From Bacteroidota bacterium (lineage in GTDB: Bacteria; Bacteroidota; Bacteroidia; 2-12-FULL-35-15): DNA of 64,000 bases. This document shows, in pieces, positions 23,529 through 34,511 of this stretch (position 1 is the stretch's first letter; each line of letters opens with the position of its first letter). Where the stretch lies: positions 3,504 through 67,503 of the forward strand of contig JAFLBF010000014.1 of assembly GCA_017303895.1 (NCBI GenBank). The letters run 5' to 3'. The translations under genes were made by a program, and so were the position numbers. The notes beneath the pieces were generated by a model that saw nothing but the letters and a program-made list of their open reading frames with translations, ran no database searches and was not told the origin of the DNA.

Positions 23529-24098
23529 ATGAGCATTTTCAAAAATATAAAACTCGCCATTGCCAACCGTGCGCTAAAGCAGGAAATGGCTATGCACAAG
23601 CGGGATCTAAAGCCGAATAAATTCAATTTTAATCAGACCAGAACGGTAGGTATTCTATTCGATGCCTCCGATCCGGAAGATTTTGAATTGGTAAAACGCT
23701 ATGTGGTGTATATGCGTGAGCACAATAAAAAAGTGAAAGTGCTGGGCTTTTTTAGTGTAAAGAATATTCCGGCTTTAACTTATTCCAAATTGGAATACGA
23801 TTTTTTTTCATTAAAAGAATTGAATTGGTATGGGAAACCAACCACGCATATCATTGATAATTTTATAAACGAAGATTTTGATCTTTTGATCGATCTGAAT
23901 ATTCATGATCATTTTGCATTGAAATACATTTCTGCTTTATCAAAGGCAAAGTTTAAAGTAGGAAAGTATAAAGAGTCGGATGAAGCGATCTACGACATGA
24001 TGATCGACTCCGATAATACACAAAAATTAAAGTATTTCTTAAGACAGGTGGATACTTACATTACCATGTTGAATAAACCTGAAGTGAATTTGAATTAA
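23529..24098 (+). CDS. Hypothetical protein.
   Basis: It is a 189-aa ORF tightly packed after ligA. No motif was recognised. Confidence 0.4.
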   Translation: MSIFKNIKLAIANRALKQEMAMHKRDLKPNKFNFNQTRTVGILFDASDPEDFELVKRYVVYMREHNKKVKVLGFFSVKNIPALTYSKLEYDFFSLKELNWYGKPTTHIIDNFINEDFDLLIDLNIHDHFALKYISALSKAKFKVGKYKESDEAIYDMMIDSDNTQKLKYFLRQVDTYITMLNKPEVNLN

Positions 24099-24110
24099 AA
24101 AGCGAACGCT

Positions 24111-25295
24111 ATGAACTATATTTTATTTGATGATGAATTTCGCAGCAATCTGTTGCCTTTAACATTTACACGTCCTGTAGCGGATATCAGGATCGGGATA
24201 TTGACCATTCGCGAAAAGTGGGAGAAGATGCTGGATTCAAAAACCTCTTCAAAAACCCAGGATTATCTAAGCAAAAAATATCCGACCGAATACACCATTG
24301 ATGCTGATAATGTTTGGATCAACGGTGCTTTTTGTCCGAATGAAAAATTGATCGAAGAGATCAAATCGCTTAAACCAAATGAGGCCTTGATGGATTCTAC
24401 CATTGTGGTAGCAGTCAATACAGGTGATGTAAAAAACTTTGAGCCAAGTAACTGGGGAAGCTTTACTAAATATGAAACACATGCCAAGCCGATGTGGATC
24501 GAACATCCATGGGATATCTTTTCGAAAAATGGCGATGCCATCAAAGCTGATTTCGATCTTGTTACCAAAGGCAGAAAATCCCTGGCATTGAGTAAAACCA
24601 ATCAGGTGATAGGCGTTGAGAATATTTTTGTGGAAGAAGGTGCAAAAGTAGAATGCGCCATTTTAAATGCAAGTACAGGACCGATCTATATTGGTAAAGA
24701 TGCAGAGATCATGGAAGGATCCATTGTTCGTGGACCATTTGCTTTGTGCGAGCATTCCGCTTTAAAATTGGGGGCTAAGATCTACGGACCAACTACCATC
24801 GGACCGCATAGTAAAGTAGGAGGAGAGGTTAATAATTCGGTGATCATCGGCTATTCTAACAAAGCACACGATGGGTTTTTAGGAAACTCTGTTCTGGGTG
24901 AATGGTGTAATCTGGGAGCCGACAGTAACAATTCCAATTTGAAGAATAATTATGCAGAAGTAAAATTGTGGAATTACAACAAAGAACGTTTTGTAGGAAC
25001 CGGCTTGACCTTTTGTGGTCTGATCATGGGCGATCATAGCAAATGTGGGATCAATACCATGTTCAATACAGGAACAGTAGTAGGAGTAAATGCCAATATT
25101 TTCGGATCGGGTTTCCCGCGTAATTTTGTTCCTTCTTTCTCCTGGGGTGGAGCTGCCGGCTTTACTACCTATAAGCTAAAAGATGCCTTTGAAGTGGCCT
25201 CAAAAGTATTTGAACGAAGAGGAATGGTATTCAATGAAACGGAGCAGGAAATACTGACCCATGTATTTGAATTGACGGAGAAATACAGGAAATAA
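24111..25295 (+). CDS. Left-handed beta-helix (hexapeptide-repeat) sugar-nucleotidyltransferase-like protein.
   Basis: It is 394 aa with hexapeptide repeats in the C-terminal half (IYGPTTIGPHSKVGGEVNNSVIIGYSNKAHDGFLGNSVLGEWCNLGADSNNSNL). Confidence 0.45.
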   Translation: MNYILFDDEFRSNLLPLTFTRPVADIRIGILTIREKWEKMLDSKTSSKTQDYLSKKYPTEYTIDADNVWINGAFCPNEKLIEEIKSLKPNEALMDSTIVVAVNTGDVKNFEPSNWGSFTKYETHAKPMWIEHPWDIFSKNGDAIKADFDLVTKGRKSLALSKTNQVIGVENIFVEEGAKVECAILNASTGPIYIGKDAEIMEGSIVRGPFALCEHSALKLGAKIYGPTTIGPHSKVGGEVNNSVIIGYSNKAHDGFLGNSVLGEWCNLGADSNNSNLKNNYAEVKLWNYNKERFVGTGLTFCGLIMGDHSKCGINTMFNTGTVVGVNANIFGSGFPRNFVPSFSWGGAAGFTTYKLKDAFEVASKVFERRGMVFNETEQEILTHVFELTEKYRK

Positions 25296-25353
25296 TTCTT
25301 CTATTTCATATCAACAAAAACCTTAAATTTGTGTTTCAATAAATAAAGATACT

Positions 25354-26337
25354 ATGAGAACAATCGAATTTCGTGAAGCACTTCGTGAAGCAATGAACGA
25401 AGAGATGCGCAGAGATGAAAAAATATTTTTGATGGGTGAGGAAGTGGCAGAGTACAATGGTGCTTACAAAGTAAGTAAAGGGATGCTTACCGAATTTGGT
25501 GAAAAACGTGTGATCGACACTCCTATTGCAGAGCTTGGTTTTGCAGGTATTGCTGTTGGAGCTGCTATGAACGGTTTGCGTCCTATCGTTGAGTTCATGA
25601 CCTTCAACTTTTCATTAGTAGCGATCGATCAGGTGATCAACTCCGCTGCGAAAATGATGAGTATGAGTGGTGGTCAGTTCTCTGTTCCAATTGTATTCCG
25701 TGGTCCTACTGCTTCTGCAGGTATGTTGAGCTCTCAGCACTCTCAAGCATTTGAGAACTGGTATGCTAACTGTCCTGGCTTAAAAGTGGTAGTTCCATCT
25801 AATCCATACGATGCAAAAGGTCTATTAAAGTCAGCTATCCGTGATAACGACCCTGTTATTTTCATGGAAAGCGAGCAAATGTATGGCGACAAAGGAGAAG
25901 TTCCTGAAGGAGAATACATCATTCCAATTGGAGTGGCAGATATTAAAAAAGAAGGAAAAGATGTTACCATCGTTTCTTTTGGTAAGATCATGAAACAAGC
26001 TTTGGCTGCTGCTGCTGAATTAGAAAAAGAAGGCATCAGTGCTGAAGTGATCGATCTTCGTTCGGTTCGTCCGATCGATTACGGTACAGTGATCAATTCT
26101 GTGAAGAAAACCAACCGTTTGGTGATCGTTGAGGAGGCTTGGCCTTTAGCATCTATCTCATCCGAGTTAGCATTCAAAGTTCAGAAAGAAGCATTTGATT
26201 ATTTAGATGCTCCGGTATTACGTGTTACATCTGCGGATGTGCCATTACCTTATGCTCCAACCTTGATCGAAGCATCATTGCCGAATGCTGCACGTGTGGT
26301 AAAAGCAGTAAAAGAAGTAATGTACGTGAATAAATAA
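25354..26337 (+). CDS. pdhB: Pyruvate/2-oxoacid dehydrogenase E1 component beta subunit.
   Basis: It has a transketolase-like pyrimidine-binding domain (MGEEVAEYNGAYKV...DTPIAE.GF.G.AVGAA.NGLRP) and a C-terminal domain. Confidence 0.9.
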   Translation: MRTIEFREALREAMNEEMRRDEKIFLMGEEVAEYNGAYKVSKGMLTEFGEKRVIDTPIAELGFAGIAVGAAMNGLRPIVEFMTFNFSLVAIDQVINSAAKMMSMSGGQFSVPIVFRGPTASAGMLSSQHSQAFENWYANCPGLKVVVPSNPYDAKGLLKSAIRDNDPVIFMESEQMYGDKGEVPEGEYIIPIGVADIKKEGKDVTIVSFGKIMKQALAAAAELEKEGISAEVIDLRSVRPIDYGTVINSVKKTNRLVIVEEAWPLASISSELAFKVQKEAFDYLDAPVLRVTSADVPLPYAPTLIEASLPNAARVVKAVKEVMYVNK

Positions 26338-26354
26338 AAAAGTATTATAAAGTA

Positions 26355-26391
26355 AAACGCCCCTTTTAGAAATCTAAAAGGGGCGTTTTTT
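26355..26391. terminator. Rho-independent terminator.
   Basis: The perfect hairpin aaacgcccctttt-agaaatct-aaaaggggcgttt is followed by a T tract. Confidence 0.8.
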
Positions 26392-26408
26392 ATTGTTGGG
26401 GGTGATAA

Positions 26409-26801
26409 TTAATTTTTGGTGATCTGACCTTCCAGGGCATCGATCAAAAGATCCTTCTGACGTAATTCGGCTCTCAATTGTTCAATTTCTTGTCGTAAAG
26501 CTTTTAATTCAAGTGTATATTTTGCTTCTTCTTTACTCCATAGATTCACATTGTAATAAGGCTCTTTATCGAAATTGTATCCATCAAAATTCTCGCGGAA
26601 AAAGCTATAAAGAGGTATACGTAATTCTTTAGATATTAATTCTAATGTTCTTATTTCTAGTGTGTTATGTTCTAAGGCGTAATCGAGGTCAGACTCGGAA
26701 ATATTCAAGTACGATGCCAGGTCGGCATACGTGAATTTTTTCATTTCCAGCACTTGAAGTATCTTTTCTTTCAGGTTCATTACTTCAATTTTAGTGTCCA
26801 T
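26409..26801 (-). CDS. HTH (XRE-like) domain protein with a C-terminal coiled coil.
   Basis: KKFTYADLASYLNISESDLDYALEHN looks like a helix-turn-helix. The C-terminus has a leucine-heptad coiled coil. Confidence 0.4.
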   Translation of the reverse strand: MDTKIEVMNLKEKILQVLEMKKFTYADLASYLNISESDLDYALEHNTLEIRTLELISKELRIPLYSFFRENFDGYNFDKEPYYNVNLWSKEEAKYTLELKALRQEIEQLRAELRQKDLLIDALEGQITKN

Positions 26802-26850
26802 AAGGCAATGCTAATTTTGGTTGGTTCTACGAGATCTTTTGAAAAAGGTT

Positions 26851-27417
26851 CTATTTAATTTCAGGCGTAAAGCTCTTCTCAAAATCTTCCCATTTGGTAT
26901 CCTTATACTTTCCGCTTCCGAAGAACTTCATTACCGGTTCAAATTGTGCCGGCTGGTAATATCCAACCACTACCTGGATGCGTTGTACTTGTTCATTTAA
27001 AAATACAATAGATGGATAGGATAGCTTGCCATCTAAAATAGAAACGGCAAAATCGTGCACGGGACGTGGAGTGCCGGGAGCATTTTGGTTTTTGAACACA
27101 TAACCATTGAAGGCAACGCTGTCAAATGTTTCGGCATCGAATTTTACAGGATAAAAGTTCTCATTCAAATATTTGGCAATGATCTCATTGCCGAAGGTGT
27201 TTTTACTCATCATTTTGCATGGACCGCACCATTGGGTGTAAACATCTACCATGATCGGTTTTGGGGTCTTTTTTTGAAGCTCAACCGCTTCTGTGAAGGT
27301 GTACCATTTTACCGGTCCGTGATCATCACCGGCAATAAATGAGCTACTGGTAATAAAACTTTGTGCAAGTACCACAATTGTGGCAATCCCTAATGCAATA
27401 AATACTTTTTTGATCAT
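26851..27417 (-). CDS. Thioredoxin-fold protein (secreted).
   Basis: It has a signal peptide and a WCGPCK CxxC motif. Confidence 0.65.
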   Translation of the reverse strand: MIKKVFIALGIATIVVLAQSFITSSSFIAGDDHGPVKWYTFTEAVELQKKTPKPIMVDVYTQWCGPCKMMSKNTFGNEIIAKYLNENFYPVKFDAETFDSVAFNGYVFKNQNAPGTPRPVHDFAVSILDGKLSYPSIVFLNEQVQRIQVVVGYYQPAQFEPVMKFFGSGKYKDTKWEDFEKSFTPEIK

Positions 27418-27458
27418 GCTGTAAAATTATAAAGTAAAGGTATGAATTAAAACAAAAA

Positions 27459-27490
27459 GGTCAAACATTGTACCATGTTTGACCTTTTTG
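27459..27490 (-). terminator. Rho-independent terminator after the POT transporter gene.
   Basis: The hairpin aggtcaaacat-tgtacc-atgtttgacct carries T tracts on both strands. Confidence 0.65.
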
Positions 27491-27506
27491 AAAAATGTAA
27501 TAAAGA

Positions 27507-29225
27507 TTATCTTACTCCGTGCATCATCTTCAATAATAACTTACTCAAGAAGAATAAGATCACTGATGAGATACCGGCCATTACAACGAATAGCATAAAG
27601 AAGGAATACAAGCTGTTGATGGTATAACCTGCAAATGATTTTTCTTTGATCATCGATCCTTTGAAGATGTTCTCAACGATAGAAGCTTTTACGGTTGGAT
27701 CTTTTACTTTCTCAAAAGAAATAAGGTCGATACTGATGTATTTTGTACCGTTGATCTCTTCTGCTTTATCCAATTTGGTTGTCAATTCAACCCCTTTTTC
27801 AGTTTGTTGTGATTCAACAGCAGCAACTGTGATCATTGTTTCAGGATAATAAGAACTTAATGTTCCTGCAAATTTGTTGGCAGAAGCAGTAGATAAGAAC
27901 CAAACACCCATCAATAAAGAAGCAAATTTAACAGGAGCTAATTTGTTTACCATGGATAGACCGATAGGTGATAAGCAAAGCTCACCGAAGGTATGGATCA
28001 AGTACAAGCTTAATAACCAAACCATGCTCACTTTTGTAGAAGGTTCGATTCCTTTTACACCATAAGCAATTACTAAATATCCTAATGCCAATAAGAATAA
28101 ACCAATAGATTGTTTGTAAGGAGAAGCAGGTTCTGCATTTCTCTTACTTAAGAATCCCCATAATGCAACGAAAATAGAAGCAAAGATAACAATCGCTACT
28201 GCGTTCACCGATTGGAAATAACTAGCAGGAATAACTGTTCCGAATAAACTTCTGTCAGTTTGCTCTTCCGCAAAGAACGTTAAAGCTGCACCTGCTTGTT
28301 CGAAGGCAGCCCAGAAGAAAATTACGAAGAAGGCAACGATATAGATAACCCAAATACGTTGTTTCTCGATCTTTGTTAGGCTCTTATCAGAGATAATGAA
28401 TCCCGGAGCAGCAATCGATAATGAGAAGATGAAGGAACCAATCACGCCTTGGTCTAAGAAGAAGAACAATGCAAACAATCCGATCTCAATACCTACCCAA
28501 GTTAAAATTTGAGTCATTGTAAACTCTGATTTTGCTTCAGCAACAGTGTCGATATCAGCAGCCGGTTTGTTAGAACCAGGTTTTGCACCGATCGCTTGAC
28601 CATCAGGTGTTACAATGTATTTATCTTTTAATGTAATGAATAGGATCAAACTTAAGATCATACCGATACAAGCAGCTAAGAAGCCCCATTTGAAATCAGC
28701 AGGATTACCTGTATCACCTAAAAATCCACACACCAATGGAGAGAAGAACGCTCCTAAGTTGATACCCATATAGAAAATTGTGAAGGCAGAGTCGATACGC
28801 TTATCACCTTTTGGATATAACTGACCAACCATGGTAGAGATATTTGGTTTGAAGAAACCGTTACCAAGGATCAAAGATGTTAATCCAACCATCATTAAGA
28901 TACGGGCAAGATCAATGTTTTCAAAGAAAGAACCACTCATGAACATAAAGAACTGACCGATCGCCATCATGATACCACCAATGATGATCGATTTGCGGTT
29001 ACCCCAATATCTGTCAGCCATATAACCACCGATCAATGGTGTTAAGTACACCAAACCTGTATAACTACCGTAGATATCACTTGCAAAAGCTTTGTCATAC
29101 ATTAAAGCTTTCGCTAAGAATAAAACGAAAATAGCACGCATCCCGTAGTAGCTGAATCGCTCCCACATTTCTGTTACAAAAAGTACATAAAGCCCTTTCG
29201 GGTGACCTTGTTTTACTTCTGACAT
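27507..29225 (-). CDS. dtpT: POT/PTR2-family di-/tripeptide:proton symporter.
   Basis: It has the PTR2 signature (GHPKGLYVLFVTEMWERFSYYGMRAIFVLFL), about 14 TM helices and a soluble insert. Confidence 0.9.
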   Translation of the reverse strand: MSEVKQGHPKGLYVLFVTEMWERFSYYGMRAIFVLFLAKALMYDKAFASDIYGSYTGLVYLTPLIGGYMADRYWGNRKSIIIGGIMMAIGQFFMFMSGSFFENIDLARILMMVGLTSLILGNGFFKPNISTMVGQLYPKGDKRIDSAFTIFYMGINLGAFFSPLVCGFLGDTGNPADFKWGFLAACIGMILSLILFITLKDKYIVTPDGQAIGAKPGSNKPAADIDTVAEAKSEFTMTQILTWVGIEIGLFALFFFLDQGVIGSFIFSLSIAAPGFIISDKSLTKIEKQRIWVIYIVAFFVIFFWAAFEQAGAALTFFAEEQTDRSLFGTVIPASYFQSVNAVAIVIFASIFVALWGFLSKRNAEPASPYKQSIGLFLLALGYLVIAYGVKGIEPSTKVSMVWLLSLYLIHTFGELCLSPIGLSMVNKLAPVKFASLLMGVWFLSTASANKFAGTLSSYYPETMITVAAVESQQTEKGVELTTKLDKAEEINGTKYISIDLISFEKVKDPTVKASIVENIFKGSMIKEKSFAGYTINSLYSFFMLFVVMAGISSVILFFLSKLLLKMMHGVR

Positions 29226-29471
29226 ATAGTATTCTTTTAGTTAATAATTTAGATTAGAGTTGGCGAATATAGGGATTAATGTATAAAGTATCAAGTAGGA
29301 TAATAAAGTATTGGGTATCAAGTATCAGGTATCAAGAAAGGGAAATTGAACTTAGCTTGTTTTTTGACTTAGCGCTTTGTATATCAGTTTGTTATACTTT
29401 TTAAGTTCCTCTTTTCTCTCATGTATATCCAACCATTTCTTAATACATGCTACTTACTACTTGATACTTTC

Positions 29472-31649
29472 CTACAGATTATTCAATATAAAATCCGTCA
29501 TTTTGGTATACAAGTGCAAACGGGTAGTAGCACCTAATATGCTATGATTTTTATCCGGATAAATGAACAGGTCGAATTGTTTGTTCTCTTTTACCAGCGC
29601 ATTGATCATTTCCATGGTGTTTTGATAATGCACATTATCATCACCGCTACCGTGGATCAATAAGTATTTCCCTTTTAGTTTGCTGACATGATTGATTGGT
29701 GAATTGTCGTCATACCCGCTAGCATTTTCCTGTGGTAATCCCATAAAGCGCTCGGTGTACACATTGTCATAATACCTCCAGTTGGTAACAGGGGCAACGG
29801 CAATGGCTGTTTTGAAATAATCGGCTCCTTTGGTGATGCACAATGAACTCAAATAACCACCGAAGCTCCAGCCGAAGGTTCCTATTCTTGTTTTATCAAC
29901 ATAAGGTAATGTGCCTAAATATTTAGCGGTTTCTATCTGATCGGCCACTTCCAGTTTACCCAGTTGTTTGTAGGTAGAATGTTTGAATTCCTTTCCTCTG
30001 TATTGTGTTCCTCTGTTATCCACACACATCACAATGTAGCCTTTTTGCGCTAACATCTGATGCCAGAAATAATCTCTGTCGAATGCATTGGCCACCATGT
30101 TACGTCCAGGTCCGCCATAAAACACTAAAAACACGGGGTACTTTTTGCTTGCATCAAAATTTTGTGGTTTGATCATCCAGGCATTCAATTCAATTCCTTC
30201 TGTGGTTTTGAACATGAACAATTCCTTTTTGCTCAAGCTGAATTCCTGCATTTTATTTTTCAAAGATTCATTGCTTTCCAGGGTGCGGATCAATTTTCCT
30301 TTGGCATCATAAATAGCGGTCACATTTGGTGAGTTCGCCTCTGAAAATACATCAATATAATATTTCATGCCTTTGCTGAAATCGGGTGCATGACTGCCTT
30401 TTTGCTGCGATACTTTGTTCTTTGTTTTTCCGTCAAATGAAACAGAATAGATGTCTTTCTCTGTAGCAGTTGTTTCTGAAGCTAAGTAAAAGATCGTTTT
30501 TGTTTTTTCATCCATCCCTTTTAATTGAACCACATCCCAGTTGCCTTTGGTGATCGGGTTGATCAATTTGCCATCCATGGAATACAGATACAAATGATTG
30601 AATCCGCTTGTTTCATTCTGAATGATGAATCCTTTTTTATCAGGAGTGAAATACACATAATCACCCTGACCTTCATGAATGTCAATATAGGTAGTACTAT
30701 TTTCGGTATATACCACTTTTGAACTTCCACTTGTAGCATCGTTCAACAACAATTCCAGTTTATTCTGGTAACGGTTCATTCTTACAATCGAAAGCTGGTT
30801 CGGATCCAATGTCCATTTGATGCGTGGAATGTATTGATTGGTCTCTTTTCCTATGTCCATCAATTTGGTGCTGTTGCTCGCCAGATCATACACGTGAATG
30901 CTCACGATAGAATTGTCTTCTCCGGCTTTCGGATATTTAAAACGATATTGGGTTGGGTACAATTGGTTATTGTATTCATCGAATGAGAACTCTTTTACCT
31001 TGCTTTCATCAAATTTATAATAGGCAATTTTCTTGCTGTCCGGACTCCAGAAATAAGCCACTGAAAAAGCAAACTCTTCCTCATGAACCCAGTCGGTAGC
31101 ACCATTAATAATGTTGTTCTGCTTGCCATCGAAGGTGATCTGTGTTTCTTTTCCGCTCGCAAGATCTTTGATAAAGATATTGTTGCCACGTACAAAACTC
31201 ACTTTGGAACCATCGGGTGAGAAGCCGGCATACATCTGTTTTTCGCCAGCGCTAACAGGTGTTACACTTTTTGTTTTTCGGTCGTACACAAAATAATATT
31301 CACGGGTGGAATGACGATACACTTGCTCCGATTGTGTTGAGATCAGCATTTTGCTTTCATCAGCACTAAAGGAATACGTGTTGATATCAATTGTTTTTCC
31401 ATCGTATTTCAGATCCGATTCACAAACGATCATTTCGGGTTTGGAGGCTTTGGCATATTCATATTGAAAAACGGTGTCTCTAGCCAAAGTAGAGTAGTGC
31501 AAACCATCGTTCATGGATACAAGGCCAAATACGCCTTTGGAGCGGAACGTTCCTTTGGTCCAGATGTCCTCTAATGTGATGTCTTTTTTCTGAGCACTGA
31601 TGTTATTAACCATCAATATTGAAAAACCTATGATAAATAGTCGTTTCAT
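29472..31649 (-). CDS. S9B prolyl oligopeptidase family dipeptidyl-peptidase IV.
   Basis: It has an N-terminal beta-propeller and a C-terminal alpha/beta hydrolase domain. GWSFGGY is the catalytic serine and DDNVHYQNT carries Asp and His. Confidence 0.9.
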   Translation of the reverse strand: MKRLFIIGFSILMVNNISAQKKDITLEDIWTKGTFRSKGVFGLVSMNDGLHYSTLARDTVFQYEYAKASKPEMIVCESDLKYDGKTIDINTYSFSADESKMLISTQSEQVYRHSTREYYFVYDRKTKSVTPVSAGEKQMYAGFSPDGSKVSFVRGNNIFIKDLASGKETQITFDGKQNNIINGATDWVHEEEFAFSVAYFWSPDSKKIAYYKFDESKVKEFSFDEYNNQLYPTQYRFKYPKAGEDNSIVSIHVYDLASNSTKLMDIGKETNQYIPRIKWTLDPNQLSIVRMNRYQNKLELLLNDATSGSSKVVYTENSTTYIDIHEGQGDYVYFTPDKKGFIIQNETSGFNHLYLYSMDGKLINPITKGNWDVVQLKGMDEKTKTIFYLASETTATEKDIYSVSFDGKTKNKVSQQKGSHAPDFSKGMKYYIDVFSEANSPNVTAIYDAKGKLIRTLESNESLKNKMQEFSLSKKELFMFKTTEGIELNAWMIKPQNFDASKKYPVFLVFYGGPGRNMVANAFDRDYFWHQMLAQKGYIVMCVDNRGTQYRGKEFKHSTYKQLGKLEVADQIETAKYLGTLPYVDKTRIGTFGWSFGGYLSSLCITKGADYFKTAIAVAPVTNWRYYDNVYTERFMGLPQENASGYDDNSPINHVSKLKGKYLLIHGSGDDNVHYQNTMEMINALVKENKQFDLFIYPDKNHSILGATTRLHLYTKMTDFILNNL

Positions 31650-31756
31650 TTCTTTATTATTTGTATAATTTTGAGAGGAACGAAAATAGCAAAATAGATC
31701 GATTGTTTTGCTTAAAAAGTGATGAGCGGTATATTCTTATTATTAATACAAAGAGC

Positions 31757-33160
31757 ATGTCATACAAAAAAATAACACCTCAGATCGTTGAACAGCTAAA
31801 AAGCATTGTTGGAGCATCTAACGTACTGTTGGATACTGAAAGTTTGGCCAATTACGGACATGATGAAACAGAGCAATTGGTGTTTTTGCCCGAGGTAGTG
31901 GTGAAGCCGGGAACAGCAGAGGAGATCTCCTCTATATTAAAATTAGCCAATGCAGAGCTTATTCCTGTTACTCCACGTGGAGCAGGGACGGGTTTGGCAG
32001 GTGGAGCATTGCCTATCAATGCCGGGATCAGTTTGAGTATGGAACGTTTTAATAAGATACTGGATATCGATAAACGTAATTTACAGGCAACAGTGCAGCC
32101 GGGTGTGATCAATGAGGTATTTCAGAATGCAGTAAAAGAAGAGAATTTATTTTATCCGCCTGACCCTGCCAGCAAAGGAAGTTGCTTTTTGGGTGGAAAC
32201 ATTGCTCATGGAAGCGGTGGTCCGAAATGCGTGAAATACGGAACAACTAAAGATTATATTTTAAATTTAGAAGTGGTATTGCCAACAGGTGAGATCATTA
32301 TGACGGGTGCGAATACCTTAAAAAATTCAACGGGATACAACTTAACGCAACTGATGGTAGGAAGTGAAGGAACTCTTGGAGTTGTTACCAAGATCGTTGT
32401 GAGATTATTACCATTACCGAAATATGATCTATTGATGCTTGTTCCGTTCCGCGACCTGGATGAAGCATGTGCAGCAGTGAGTGAAGTGTTCCGTGCGGGC
32501 TTTACACCAAGTGCTTTGGAATTGATGGAGCGCGATGCATTGGATTGGGTGAGCAAACATGTGGAGAGCAGTGTCGTAAAATTAGAAGATGATATTCAAG
32601 CGCATCTATTGATAGAAGTCGATGGAAATGATCAGGAGGTGTTGATGAAGGAGATGGAGCAGATAGCTGAGTTGATGAGTAAATACAATATTTCGGAGGT
32701 GCTGTTTGCCGATAGCGCAGCACAAAAAAATGAATTGTGGAAATTACGCAGAAAGATCAATGAAGCCGTGAAAATGAATGCTATTAGTAAAGAGCAGGAT
32801 ACGGTGGTGCCGAGAGCAGAGTTGCCAAAACTGGTAAAAGGAGTGAAAGAGGTAGGAAATCGTTATCAATTTAAGAGTGTATGTTACGGACATGCTGGCG
32901 ATGGTAATTTGCATATCCGTTTGATAAAAGGGGAGTTAACAGATGAACAATGGGAAGGTGATTATATCAAAAAAGCCATTGCAGAGATATTTACCATTTG
33001 TAAGAATTTAGGCGGTACCATCAGTGGTGAACATGGTATTGGTTTGATCCAGCAGGAATATCTTGGAATTGTATTCTCCGATAAAGCAATTGATATTCAA
33101 CGTACGATCAAAAAAGCGTTCGATCCGAATAATATTTTGAATCCCGGGAAGATATTTTGA
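31757..33160 (+). CDS. FAD-linked oxidase (GlcD / D-lactate dehydrogenase-like).
   Basis: It has an FAD_binding_4 domain (TPRGAGTGLAGGALP) and a C-terminal FAD-oxidase_C domain. The start was set at the ATG at 31757 (MSYKKITPQIV). Confidence 0.85.
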   Translation: MSYKKITPQIVEQLKSIVGASNVLLDTESLANYGHDETEQLVFLPEVVVKPGTAEEISSILKLANAELIPVTPRGAGTGLAGGALPINAGISLSMERFNKILDIDKRNLQATVQPGVINEVFQNAVKEENLFYPPDPASKGSCFLGGNIAHGSGGPKCVKYGTTKDYILNLEVVLPTGEIIMTGANTLKNSTGYNLTQLMVGSEGTLGVVTKIVVRLLPLPKYDLLMLVPFRDLDEACAAVSEVFRAGFTPSALELMERDALDWVSKHVESSVVKLEDDIQAHLLIEVDGNDQEVLMKEMEQIAELMSKYNISEVLFADSAAQKNELWKLRRKINEAVKMNAISKEQDTVVPRAELPKLVKGVKEVGNRYQFKSVCYGHAGDGNLHIRLIKGELTDEQWEGDYIKKAIAEIFTICKNLGGTISGEHGIGLIQQEYLGIVFSDKAIDIQRTIKKAFDPNNILNPGKIF

Positions 33161-33217
33161 TTCGTTTTTATTTTCGTAATTCGATATAGGTACTTCGTAC
33201 TATTCGTACTTCGTAGT

Positions 33218-34468
33218 CTACTCAATATTCTTCATATTCAGCTTCCTCAACTTTGGGGCTATTTTGGCAGTGGCAGCAACGATCAGAATGGTCATGATAC
33301 CACCAAACACCACTGAAGCTTTTAAGCCCATCGCACGGGCTGCTACTCCTGATTCAAATGCACCGATCTCATTCGAGGAGCCTATGAAAATACTATTTAC
33401 AGAAGATACCCGCCCACGCATATGATCAGGCGTTGCCAATTGCAGAATGCTATGACGGATCACCACGCTTACATTGTCGAATGCTCCGGTAAGGAATAAA
33501 AAGAAAAGCGATAAATAATAATTCTCGCTGATTCCAAACAGAATGGTGGCTCCACCAAAGGCTGCTATGGATAAAAATAAATTTCTACCTGCATGTTGTG
33601 TTGGTGGTTTGTAAGCAATAATGATCGCCATAACCACAGCACCCAATGCCGGAGCAGCTCTCAAGAATCCCAATTCAATAGCGCCTACATGCAATATCTT
33701 GTCGGCAAAAGCGGGAAGCATCGCCACCGCTCCTCCAAACAATACAGCAAACAGGTCGAGCGACAAAGCACCGAGGATCAATTGATTCTTAAATACAAAC
33801 TTGATCCCTGCACTTAAACTTTCAAAAAGTGTTTCTGTTTTTTCTTTTTTAGGAAGTGGTTTCGATTTGATAAAAAGAAAAGAAAAAATGGAGATGCAGA
33901 TCAGGGCAATGTTTACTTTATACGCTGCAGTAAAGCTCACTGCACAAATGAAGCCGGCCATGGCAGGACCAACAATAGAAGCAACATGCCACACGGTGCT
34001 GTTCCAGGTAGCGGCATTGGTGTAAAGGTCGCGGGTCACCAATTGCGACATGAACGAAGGAAATGCTGCCGAGATAAATCCTCTAACGATACCAATGAAT
34101 CCGATCACCAAAAAGATAGGCAATGTTCCATGGTCCTTAATGATCGTATTGGTTTCCAATGAGAAATACAACAATGCTAAAGTGGATACGATCAAAAAGG
34201 AAGTGGCTGTGATGATGATCTTTTTTCTGTCCACCGTATCGGCCACATGGCCTGAAAATAAGGATACTGCAATGAAAGGGATGGCTTCTGCTAAACCAAT
34301 CAATCCCAGATCCAACTCATCACCTGTGATCTTGTATACCTGCCATCCAACAATAACACTTTGCATTTGAATAGCAAGTGTTAAAAAGAAACGTGTATTC
34401 AAAAAGAATAAAAACTCTTTTATTCTTAATACCGCATACGGATCGTGTTGGGATGTTTTCTTCGTCAT
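33218..34468 (-). CDS. MFS transporter.
   Basis: It has 12 TM helices with MFS-type loops. It is 416 aa. Confidence 0.8.
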   Translation of the reverse strand: MTKKTSQHDPYAVLRIKEFLFFLNTRFFLTLAIQMQSVIVGWQVYKITGDELDLGLIGLAEAIPFIAVSLFSGHVADTVDRKKIIITATSFLIVSTLALLYFSLETNTIIKDHGTLPIFLVIGFIGIVRGFISAAFPSFMSQLVTRDLYTNAATWNSTVWHVASIVGPAMAGFICAVSFTAAYKVNIALICISIFSFLFIKSKPLPKKEKTETLFESLSAGIKFVFKNQLILGALSLDLFAVLFGGAVAMLPAFADKILHVGAIELGFLRAAPALGAVVMAIIIAYKPPTQHAGRNLFLSIAAFGGATILFGISENYYLSLFFLFLTGAFDNVSVVIRHSILQLATPDHMRGRVSSVNSIFIGSSNEIGAFESGVAARAMGLKASVVFGGIMTILIVAATAKIAPKLRKLNMKNIE

Positions 34469-34511
34469 AGATCGACTGTAAATTTACATTTTAAATTCTT
34501 ATCTTTGGAGT

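Noticed and set aside
29270-29345. Repeats of gtatcaag and gtattgggtatcaagtatcaggtatcaag between the POT transporter and DPP-IV genes.
   Set aside because: It is a short simple-sequence repeat in a promoter region. It has no spacer-repeat periodicity and is not a CRISPR.
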